DNA of 64,000 bases from Arenicellales bacterium (GTDB taxonomy: Bacteria; Pseudomonadota; Gammaproteobacteria; Arenicellales; JAJDZL01), in assembly GCA_963666625.1 (NCBI GenBank), contig OY762925.1, positions 3,541,748 through 3,605,747 on the forward strand, in the 5' to 3' direction. Both the position numbers and the translations under genes were made by a program. Below the pieces are notes generated by a model that worked only from the letters and a program-made list of their open reading frames with translations, did not search any database and was not told the DNA's origin. Shown here piece by piece: positions 16,990 to 25,101 of the stretch. Numbering within the stretch: position 1 is the stretch's first letter; each line of letters starts with the position of its first letter.

Positions 16990-17414
16990 GCACTCGCCGA
17001 ATTTTTGAAGATTACATTGTTAAAAAAATGTTGCGCAATCGAACGAAGTTCTCAGACATTTCGCAGACCCGATTGCATTCGAGGCGGTTTGGCGTGATAT
17101 CGGGAAGCCCTGATTCACCGCCCAAAGCTCGGTCAACGCAATTACCCTTTTCAAGAGCACACCCCTGAAAAAGATACGGAAGCGGTTTGACTAGATGGTG
17201 TTGGTGGACGTGGTCGCAACGTATTCGAACCCAGTCCGTACTGTATTTTGAGTTCACTTTGTTGGATACTACAACTCCGCCTCTCTACCAAGATATTTCA
17301 ACCAAATCTGTCCAACTTCATCAATTGGGCATGAGCAATAGATCAATTGCTACAAAATTAAAAGTTGATGAAAAGACTGTTTCAAAGGCAATTCGATGGG
17401 CAAAAGGACAATAA
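16990..17414 (+). repeat. Junction module B: decayed recombinase 3' end + decayed ssrA 3'-end copy + conserved HTH 'tail' ORF
   Basis: About 16990-17201 aligns with the last ~210 nt before ssrA in the intact recombinase, with 1-nt indels. 17202-17240 (TGGTGGACGTGGTCGCAACGTATTCGAACCCAGTCCGTA) mimics the antisense tmRNA 3' end. 17246-17414 encodes [55 protein letters not shown]. Confidence 0.7.
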
Positions 17415-17641
17415 AATTATTCTGCTATCCTGATTCTATGTTCCGAGACACAGCCAAACCATGTGGAAAAAGGAATAAATGGAAATCATGCTCGCGCTCA
17501 ATCAGTCAAGCAGAAATTGCTGTATATTACGGGTAAAGTAAACTAAAGATAAGTTGGTCATAACCTACTACAATATTAGTCTCCATAAGCTATCTACTAG
17601 CGTCATTTTCACTAATACGATTCGAACTGAAATACCCGTAC

Positions 17642-18250
17642 ATGGCCAGAAAAACATTTATTTCCTATAAGTATAGTGAATCTCAAAGTCTACGGGACGA
17701 TATCATTACCGCCCTTGGTGCAGATGCCACTTACTATCAAGGCGAAACCTCCAACTCACCAGACTTGACCGACGAATCAACTGAACTCATAAAGAAAAAT
17801 CTCACTGATATGATGTACGACACATCAGTCACTATAGTCATCGCTTCCCCCAATATAAAGAGAAGCAATTGGATTGACTGGGAAATAGAATATTGTCTGA
17901 AAGAATATAGCCGGAAAGGACGAACTTCAAAGACGAATGGTGTCGTAGGAGTAATTCAAAAACATAATGGCAGTTATGATTGGTTGGTAACCAAGTCAGT
18001 ACAGCCGGACGGGTGTACCTTGCGAACAATTGACTCTTCAATGCTGTATCCGATCATAACAAATAACCGCTATAAGCGAAATGGTCGCGGATACGCCTGC
18101 GATACCTGTAATTCACACGACCAGTTGGAAGGTTCGTACATCTCACTGATTGACCAGGAAGATTTTCTTGCGGATCCTGAGAAATATATTGAAAATGCCT
18201 ATCATAAGTCGGAAAATTCTGATCAGTTTGAACTTGTCAAGCAAAGGTAG
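17642..18250 (+). CDS. TIR-like protein, DUF1863/ThsB-type (202 aa)
   Basis: RKTFISYKYSESQSLRDDI at the N-terminus, TSVTIVIASPNIKRSNWIDWEIEY (conserved W..E block), then a Cys-containing C-terminal extension. Confidence 0.65.
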   Translation: MARKTFISYKYSESQSLRDDIITALGADATYYQGETSNSPDLTDESTELIKKNLTDMMYDTSVTIVIASPNIKRSNWIDWEIEYCLKEYSRKGRTSKTNGVVGVIQKHNGSYDWLVTKSVQPDGCTLRTIDSSMLYPIITNNRYKRNGRGYACDTCNSHDQLEGSYISLIDQEDFLADPEKYIENAYHKSENSDQFELVKQR

Positions 18251-18374
18251 TGACCACATGTTGTCGGCAACACTCCTCAATAACTCGATAATCGTCTATT
18301 TCCTAACTCGCTCAAAACTTGTCCTTGATTTCTTTCGTGCGGTGAATGAAACCGCTCCATTGTAGGAGACTATC

Positions 18375-19532
18375 TTGAGTACATATGAGTTCGCGATTCT
18401 TGGTTGGATATTTCCGCGAAAACGCGACTTAATCGTTAGTGCAATTGAAAAATCTGTGACTGACTTCGGGCTTGTTATTGGTCAGGACGTAATAATTCAT
18501 GATGCCAAAAGCGTGCTGGAACGAGACAAATCTGCTGCATTCGTAGCTGTCTATATTGGAGATTCCTGCCATTTTGATGCAGAAATAGTGGAACAGTTAT
18601 TGCAAGAGAGTGTCCCAATAATTCCAACCTTGGGGCCTAAAGACGATTTCAACACCCATATTCCCGAATTCTTACAAGTTCTGAACGTGCATCGCCGTAG
18701 ACACGACGACCCATCCATGACCGAGCTAACTTCTGCCATGCTCGAAGCCGTGGGATTGCTGCGCCGTCAACGACGGGTTTTCATAAGCTATCGCCGTGTC
18801 GAATCTCAAACCGCGGCATCACAGCTTCATGATTTGCTCAGCGCGCGAGGCTTTGATGTCTTTCTGGACACTCATGATATAAGGCCCGGGGACCCTTTCC
18901 AGGATATGTTGTGGCACCGTCTTTGCGATTCAGATGTGATGATTATGCTGGATACTCCAACCTATTTGGACAACAAGTGGACCCGGCAGGAATTTGCGCG
19001 TGCATTGACTAAGGAAATTCATATTCTTCGTGTGGTTTGGCCGGAACATCAGCCAAGCAGACTGACGGAACTAGCCAAAACTATATATCTGGACTCCAAT
19101 GATCTGGTGGGCGTAGGCGGTCCAATACGTACTCAAAAGGCCGACGAAATCGCTCTTTCTGTTGAGCGCCTTCGCAGTCGTAGCATCGCTTCTCGCTACT
19201 TGTTAATAACCGGTCGTCTACGCGCGGACGTACAAAAGTTTGGTGCCACCATCGAAGGCATAGGGGCTCACCGCGCAATTGTCGTCCGTCTACCTGATGA
19301 TCGTCGAATATGGGCATACCCTGTTATAGGCATTCCTACAGCCAAGAATCTGAACGACATTGAAGATAGTACGGCTCCCAACGTTGGGCAAGGCGAGTTG
19401 CCGGTGCTCCTCTATGACGATATCGGCATCGACAGAAGCTGGAGCAATCATCTAGACTGGCTAAATGAGAAAGTCAAAACAGTCGAAATGGTGAAGATTT
19501 CCGAAGCCGCATGGTCACTTGCGACTTGGTGA
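18375..19532 (+). CDS. Multidomain TIR-domain protein (385 aa; unknown N- and C-terminal domains)
   Basis: Central block RRVFISYRRVESQTAASQLHDLLSARGFDVFLDTHDIRPGDPFQDMLWHRLCDSDVMIMLDTPTYLDNKWTRQEFARAL is a classical bacterial TIR domain with a candidate catalytic Glu. The TTG start is preceded by AGGAG at 6-nt spacing. Confidence 0.8.
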   Translation: MSTYEFAILGWIFPRKRDLIVSAIEKSVTDFGLVIGQDVIIHDAKSVLERDKSAAFVAVYIGDSCHFDAEIVEQLLQESVPIIPTLGPKDDFNTHIPEFLQVLNVHRRRHDDPSMTELTSAMLEAVGLLRRQRRVFISYRRVESQTAASQLHDLLSARGFDVFLDTHDIRPGDPFQDMLWHRLCDSDVMIMLDTPTYLDNKWTRQEFARALTKEIHILRVVWPEHQPSRLTELAKTIYLDSNDLVGVGGPIRTQKADEIALSVERLRSRSIASRYLLITGRLRADVQKFGATIEGIGAHRAIVVRLPDDRRIWAYPVIGIPTAKNLNDIEDSTAPNVGQGELPVLLYDDIGIDRSWSNHLDWLNEKVKTVEMVKISEAAWSLATW

Positions 19533-19538
19533 GGCCAA

Positions 19539-20162
19539 ATGACAGAAGCGATATTTCTCTCAGCCAGTGTTCCCGACCCGAAACGCGGTCCCCAATACGC
19601 GGTAACAGCCGATACAGTCGCAATTTCTTCGGCGGTTTCTGCATTGGTGCACGTAATTCTGGGCCGCCGTATTCTTGTATGGGGAGGACATCCCGCAATT
19701 ACACCAATGATTTGGCTTATCGCGGAAAACATCGGTGTAGATTACGGAAGTTGGGTTCATCTATATCAATCCAAATACTTCTCTGATGAATTTCCCGAAG
19801 ATAATGAGCGTTTTCAGAATGTTACGTATACGAAAAATATTGAAAACGATCGTAACAAGAGTCTGCTTTCCATGAGAGAGCAGATGCTTTCCGCCCGTCC
19901 TTTCGCGGCCGCTGTATTCATTGGTGGTATGGATGGCATCCTTGAAGAATTTGAAATATTGCGCCGATTACAGCCTAATACTGACGTAGTTCCAGTCATT
20001 TCTACTGGTGGCGCTACAATTGAACTGGCGAAACGATTGCCGAATATCGATCCAGATCTCACAAATGACTTTGACTATATCTCTGTTTTCCATCGCCATT
20101 TGAAAATTTCTTTCAAAGAAGGTCGTTTCAATCGTCCGACTGATAAGCTCGATACGACGTAG
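19539..20162 (+). CDS. Stand-alone SLOG/LOG-like Rossmann-fold protein (207 aa)
   Basis: IFLSASVP (beta1), VWGGHPAITPMI, and FIGGMDGILEEFE (GGxxGxxEE, the LOG/SLOG nucleotide-binding signature). The start is 6 nt after the TIR gene stop, with GAGG overlapping that stop. Assignment is by motif only. Confidence 0.5.
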   Translation: MTEAIFLSASVPDPKRGPQYAVTADTVAISSAVSALVHVILGRRILVWGGHPAITPMIWLIAENIGVDYGSWVHLYQSKYFSDEFPEDNERFQNVTYTKNIENDRNKSLLSMREQMLSARPFAAAVFIGGMDGILEEFEILRRLQPNTDVVPVISTGGATIELAKRLPNIDPDLTNDFDYISVFHRHLKISFKEGRFNRPTDKLDTT

Positions 20163-20288
20163 AAGTGGCTGTTCCTACTACCGAACTCTGATACCTGTCA
20201 GGTATTCACCTTAATCTGCCAGCCAGCATCAAAAAATCGCTTATGCACAAGCACAGTAGCGTCTTCACTATCCCAGATTCACTACTAA

Positions 20289-20786
20289 CTAATGCTCATT
20301 TCTAATGGCTATAGCCTCTTCGACGGCATCTGACAAATAAGTTTGAATCCAATTGTATCGTTCTCGGCTGTTTCTGCCTTTGGGATCGTAGCATTTCACA
20401 ATAGACGACAACTTCTTCCCAGTATTCCCATAACCAATATTATCAAATGGATTCACACCTTTTTTCGATGTGTTTCCATAGCTGTTTTCGAGTCCATGGA
20501 TATGAATGCCAACCACACCCATCCCATCATCCCAGGATTTAATGATCTCGTAATTGATCCACTTCCTTCCAGCGGTTTCCGTTCCCACCAAAACCACAGT
20601 ACAGGACCGTCCATGTATTTGACCAGCAATCCACTTCTTGATCGCATTTTCACCGCCTTTGGTTATGCTCTCCCAGTCGTTGTCCGTTGCCGGACGATTG
20701 CCTTCTATCACACCAATATTACGCACTTGACTCACTCGCCAATTGTCCGGAGCATAGTGAAAGCTGTAAAACACTCTTCGCGCCAT
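20289..20786 (-). CDS. ThsB-like TIR-like protein (DUF1863 type, 165 aa)
   Basis: RRVFYSFHYAPDNWRVSQVRN, SCTVVLVGTETAGRKWINYEI, GVVGIHIHGL and KKGVNPFD parallel the layout I recall for Bacillus Thoeris ThsB. Confidence 0.75.
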   Translation of the reverse strand: MARRVFYSFHYAPDNWRVSQVRNIGVIEGNRPATDNDWESITKGGENAIKKWIAGQIHGRSCTVVLVGTETAGRKWINYEIIKSWDDGMGVVGIHIHGLENSYGNTSKKGVNPFDNIGYGNTGKKLSSIVKCYDPKGRNSRERYNWIQTYLSDAVEEAIAIRNEH

Positions 20787-20795
20787 TGTCCACCT

Positions 20796-21218
20796 CTACA
20801 TTGTTAGAATTCCTAATAGTACAAGAACAACTATCAACAGTGAGCCGTAAAATCTGTAAACTGACCATGACCACGCAATATCCCACACTGAGGCGACATT
20901 TTTTTCATGAGGCTCATAATCAAGCTCAAACTCCTTGACACCCTTTTTTCCCAACACTGCAGAATAAAGCTCAATATAGCATTTCTCTAAGTGAAGGTAT
21001 CTCGCGTCCATTATCCAAAAGGCGATCACAGGGACACATCCTCCTAACACTATAAGCCAGTGAGGATCATCTGACAATCCCGAAAACATGAATACCGCTG
21101 TGACTAAGGACACAGCCCATGTTTTCATTTGCATACTGTTGCTCGCCATACGTAAAACGACACCCTGAATCAATTTCAGATGCTCTAATGTCGCTTGCTT
21201 CTCGTTACTCATGTTCAC
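20796..21218 (-). CDS. Small membrane protein with three predicted TM helices (140 aa), candidate effector
   Basis: Hydrophobic segments WAVSLVTAVFMFSGL, WLIVLGGCVPVIAFWIM and FYGSLLIVVLVLLGILT. It sits 9 nt upstream of the ThsB-like gene, with an AGGTGG RBS between them. Confidence 0.6.
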   Translation of the reverse strand: MNMSNEKQATLEHLKLIQGVVLRMASNSMQMKTWAVSLVTAVFMFSGLSDDPHWLIVLGGCVPVIAFWIMDARYLHLEKCYIELYSAVLGKKGVKEFELDYEPHEKNVASVWDIAWSWSVYRFYGSLLIVVLVLLGILTM

Positions 21219-21659
21219 TACTTACTATTGAGCATCAGCACTATTAAAGGATAATTTGCACCCCAAAAAGACTCGGTCAAAAAACCTGTACAAATCACGA
21301 CGGTACAACTTGACCAACCCTCTTTTGTTGGAATTGCAATAATGATCCCGGTCAAATTCCGTACTTCAAAGCAAGTCTCCTTCCGAATGGACTACTTCAT
21401 CAACCAATTGTATCAGCACTAGTGGCATTGCATATCACTCAGAATCGTTATCGAACAGAAGGCATCAGCGAAGTATCCTGATTCCAGGAACAAGATGCTA
21501 TCCCATCCAAATTCACCTGAATTGTTAAAATAACCCGGTTATTGATAAATTTTTTGATAATCAAGCCACAATAGTTTGTTTCAAGCCGATGTTGGTTGCA
21601 AATTGAGCTAGTGAGTAGTAAAGAGTTAAGTGATTGACGCTCCACTGAAATTACATCAA

Positions 21660-22601
21660 ATGAGTAAAACAAATTTAACATTCGACCGGTGCGCATTGTG
21701 TGCTGAATCATCCGATTTGCAATCGAGCCACATAATCCCAAGTTTTGTCTTCAATTGGCTTAAAAATACCTCCGCGACAGGCCATTTCCGCTCATCCGAG
21801 AATCCCAATCTGCGTGTACAGGATGGCTTAAAGCCTCGAATGTTGTGTAAGGAGTGTGAACAACTGTTTTCGTCGTGGGAAAAGAAATTTTCCGAAATAT
21901 GCTTTGTTCCGCTCAATAGTGGAAACATTCGCAATATTTCCTATGGACCCTGGATGCTGAAATTCGCAACCTCGGTTTCTTGGAGAGTATTACGTTACTT
22001 TAAAGCTAATGGATACCTTACTGAGTATCCCGAACACATCAGCACTCGTATCAATCATACCCTTGACGAGTGGTATAGATTTCTTCTGGGCGATACGCCC
22101 AATCCAGGGAAACATGGGCAACACATGTTCTTGGGAGATGTTATCGCTGGCACGTCCATCGCAAATACACCGGCCAATATCAGTCGTTATCTTGTTCGAG
22201 CAATTGATTGTGATGTAGCCTTCACCCAAGATTCAGCAATTACCTATGCAAAGATGGGTAAATTTGTCTTATTCGGATTTATAAAGATACCGCATCCACG
22301 TCAATGGGAAGGAACAAAACTACACGTTCGAAAGGGGTCATTCGGCGAAAAGAATATAGAACTGCCCAGCACCGTTGGTGAATATTTATTTGATCGTGCT
22401 ATGCGGGCAGCGAACAGCAATTCGAAAATCTCGACACGACAACGAGCAAGGATATCGAAATCCTACAAGCAAAACCTCGACCGCGCGGTTCAAAGCGAAA
22501 CGTTACGTGCTTTACATCAAGATGTCCTTTTGTTTGGAAATAAAGCCTTTGAGATCACACAACCCGAATCGGGTGAACTGGAAATTAAGGAAATCATATA
22601 A
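21660..22601 (+). CDS. Cys-rich protein with N-terminal HNH-like/zinc-finger motif, unknown C-terminal domain (313 aa)
   Basis: CALCAESSDLQSSHIIPSFVF ... LCKECEQLFS gives a CxxC...H...CxxC spacing reminiscent of HNH nucleases. It ends 4 nt before the hsdM ATG. Start set at the ATG (MSKTNL) rather than the GTG at 21630. Confidence 0.45.
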   Translation: MSKTNLTFDRCALCAESSDLQSSHIIPSFVFNWLKNTSATGHFRSSENPNLRVQDGLKPRMLCKECEQLFSSWEKKFSEICFVPLNSGNIRNISYGPWMLKFATSVSWRVLRYFKANGYLTEYPEHISTRINHTLDEWYRFLLGDTPNPGKHGQHMFLGDVIAGTSIANTPANISRYLVRAIDCDVAFTQDSAITYAKMGKFVLFGFIKIPHPRQWEGTKLHVRKGSFGEKNIELPSTVGEYLFDRAMRAANSNSKISTRQRARISKSYKQNLDRAVQSETLRALHQDVLLFGNKAFEITQPESGELEIKEII

Positions 22602-22605
22602 CATT

Positions 22606-25080
22606 ATGGCCATCAAGAAATCCGACCTTTACTCATCCCTTTGGAAATCTTGCGATGAACTTCGCGGCGGAATGGACGCAAGTCAATATAAGGACTACGT
22701 CCTCTTTATGCTGTTCATCAAGTACATCACTGACAAGTACGGGGAAAACTTCGACTTCCCACCGGTTTTGATCCCCAAGGGTGCAAGTTTCACAGACATG
22801 CTTGAACTTCGTGGTAAAAGCGACATCGGTGACAAAATCAACACGCAAGTCATCGCGCCGCTTGTTCAGGCCAACACACACCTTGCGAACAGCGACTTTC
22901 CCGACTTCAATGATCCCAACAAACTCGGTCAGGGCAACGAGATGGTGGAGCGACTAACAAACCTAATCAACATCTTCGCTAACCCGCAACTGAATTTTTC
23001 ACAGAACCGCGCCGATCACGATGACATTTTGGGTGATGCCTATGAGTACCTAATCCAACACTTCGCCACCGAGAGTGGCAAGAGCAAAGGTCAGTTCTAC
23101 ACCCCTGCTGAGGTAAGTCGTGTTATCGCCAAGGTGATTGGAATCTCACCGCATAACACTAGAGCTTCCACAACTGCCTACGATCCTACCTGCGGGTCTG
23201 GTTCACTACTCCTCAAAGTTGCCGCCGAAGCAGATAAGCCAATTACACTTGAGGGCCAAGAGAAAGACGTTACAACAGCTGGCTTGGCGCGTATGAACAT
23301 GATACTCCACGGTTTTCCTACAGCGAGAATTCGGTCAGGTAACACGCTGTCAGCACCTAAATTCACGGATGGTGAGCAACTCAAAACCTATGACTACGTC
23401 GTCGCCAACCCACCTTTCTCCGATAAATCTTGGACAACCGGCCTTACACCGTCGATGGATCGCTATCAACGTTTTGTGTGGGGAGAACCGCCTGCGAAAA
23501 ATGGGGATTACGCGTATTTGCTACACATAATCCGCTCAATGAAGGGTACCGCAAAGGCCGCTTGTGTTTTGCCACATGGAGTGCTGTTTCGCGGTAATGC
23601 CGAAGCCCGGATTCGCGAACAACTGGTGCGATCTGGTAACCTAAAAGGGGTCATCGGACTACCCCAAAATCTCTTTTATGGGACAGGTATCCCCGCATGT
23701 ATCGTCGTGCTTGACAAGGAGAATGCCGCTGGACGTAAGGGTGTGTTTATGATCGACGCCTCAAGGGGATTCAGAAAGGATGGCCCGAAGAACCGACTGC
23801 GCGAACAGGACATCCACCTGATTGTCGATACGTTTACGCGGCAGGTTGACGTTCCGCGCTACGCCCGAATGGTGCCATTTGACGAGATTACGGACCCAAA
23901 GAATGACTTCAATCTTAATCTGCCGCGATACATCGACAGCACGGAGACTGAAGACTTGCACGATATTGATGGTCACATGCGAGGTGGTATCCCAGAGCGA
24001 GATGTGGATGCACTTAGTGTGTACTGGCAGGAGTTCCCCAGCATTAAGACACTCCTTTTCGAATCCGCTGGTCGTCCCGATTACGTACGATTGAGGCCAG
24101 AGCTTACCCAAGTGAAGCGTTTGATTCTTGATCACTCCGAGTTTCTTGCCTACAAGCAGGAAGTCGAGGCGACATTCTCCGACTGGCGAATGGATAGCAT
24201 GCCGTCGCTTGTAGGATTCGGCAAGGACAGTCACCCAAAAGAACTGATCAAGGCCATAGCAGAGAATCTGCTAATAGCGTTTCGCGAGACTTCGTTGCTG
24301 GACTCATACGACATCTACCAGCACCTGATGGACTACTGGACTGAGACGATGCAAGACGATGCGTACCTGATAGCTTCTGACGACTGGATAAATGGAGCTC
24401 AGCCGCGCGAGATTATTCGGGTGAAGGACAAGAACAACAAACTTACTTGGGCCGAAGCACATGATTTTCTGCAGGAGAAAAAACGCTTCAAGTCGGATCT
24501 AATTCCTGCACCGATATTGGTTGCCCGTTACTTTTTAACTGAACGCTCTACTCTTGATGCAATCGACAATCAACTCGATGTATTGGAGCAAGAGCTTGAG
24601 GAGATGCGTAAGGAAAACGATGGTCAAGATGAATTGCTAGTTGAGGTGATTGAGGGTGATAAGCAAAGAATCACAGCAAAGGCTGTGAACGCGCGGTTGA
24701 AAGAAATTGGTAGTGACTATATTTACGACGATGAACGCTCTTTGCTTGAGCGGTATGCGGATTTGCTAAAACAGCAGTCAGTTGCCAGGAAAAATCGAAA
24801 GGCGACACAGGAGGATTTAGACGAAAAGATCGATGCAAAATACCAAAATCTCACAGAAGCTGAGATCAAGACTCTGGTTGTTGATGACAAGTGGATGGCA
24901 CACCTCTTCGCCCGTGTGCAAGCCGAAATCGACAGAGTTTCGCAACTGCTCACTGGCAGAATTTGCCAACTGGCTGAACGTTACGATACACCGCTACCAG
25001 AACTGGAACACAGAGTCGCTAAAATTCGTTCCAAGGTTAGGAGTCACTTGAAAATGATTGGGCTGGCGTTGAGTGAATAA
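22606..25080 (+). CDS. hsdM: Type I restriction-modification system, methyltransferase subunit (long form, 824 aa)
   Basis: N-terminal HsdM block MAIKKSDLYSSLWKSCDELRG, SAM motif DPTCGSGSLL, catalytic VVANPPFS, and a long charged C-terminal extension. The ORF-track start at 22375 overlaps the upstream gene and was rejected. Confidence 0.9.
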   Translation: MAIKKSDLYSSLWKSCDELRGGMDASQYKDYVLFMLFIKYITDKYGENFDFPPVLIPKGASFTDMLELRGKSDIGDKINTQVIAPLVQANTHLANSDFPDFNDPNKLGQGNEMVERLTNLINIFANPQLNFSQNRADHDDILGDAYEYLIQHFATESGKSKGQFYTPAEVSRVIAKVIGISPHNTRASTTAYDPTCGSGSLLLKVAAEADKPITLEGQEKDVTTAGLARMNMILHGFPTARIRSGNTLSAPKFTDGEQLKTYDYVVANPPFSDKSWTTGLTPSMDRYQRFVWGEPPAKNGDYAYLLHIIRSMKGTAKAACVLPHGVLFRGNAEARIREQLVRSGNLKGVIGLPQNLFYGTGIPACIVVLDKENAAGRKGVFMIDASRGFRKDGPKNRLREQDIHLIVDTFTRQVDVPRYARMVPFDEITDPKNDFNLNLPRYIDSTETEDLHDIDGHMRGGIPERDVDALSVYWQEFPSIKTLLFESAGRPDYVRLRPELTQVKRLILDHSEFLAYKQEVEATFSDWRMDSMPSLVGFGKDSHPKELIKAIAENLLIAFRETSLLDSYDIYQHLMDYWTETMQDDAYLIASDDWINGAQPREIIRVKDKNNKLTWAEAHDFLQEKKRFKSDLIPAPILVARYFLTERSTLDAIDNQLDVLEQELEEMRKENDGQDELLVEVIEGDKQRITAKAVNARLKEIGSDYIYDDERSLLERYADLLKQQSVARKNRKATQEDLDEKIDAKYQNLTEAEIKTLVVDDKWMAHLFARVQAEIDRVSQLLTGRICQLAERYDTPLPELEHRVAKIRSKVRSHLKMIGLALSE

Positions 25081-25101
25081 CGAGACCTTACACAGGCAGT
25101 C

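Noticed and set aside
22375-22605. The N-terminal 77-codon extension of hsdM proposed by the ORF track.
   Set aside because: It overlaps the 3' end of the upstream gene in another frame. The canonical HsdM N-terminus (MAIKKSDLYSSLW) begins at the ATG at 22606.
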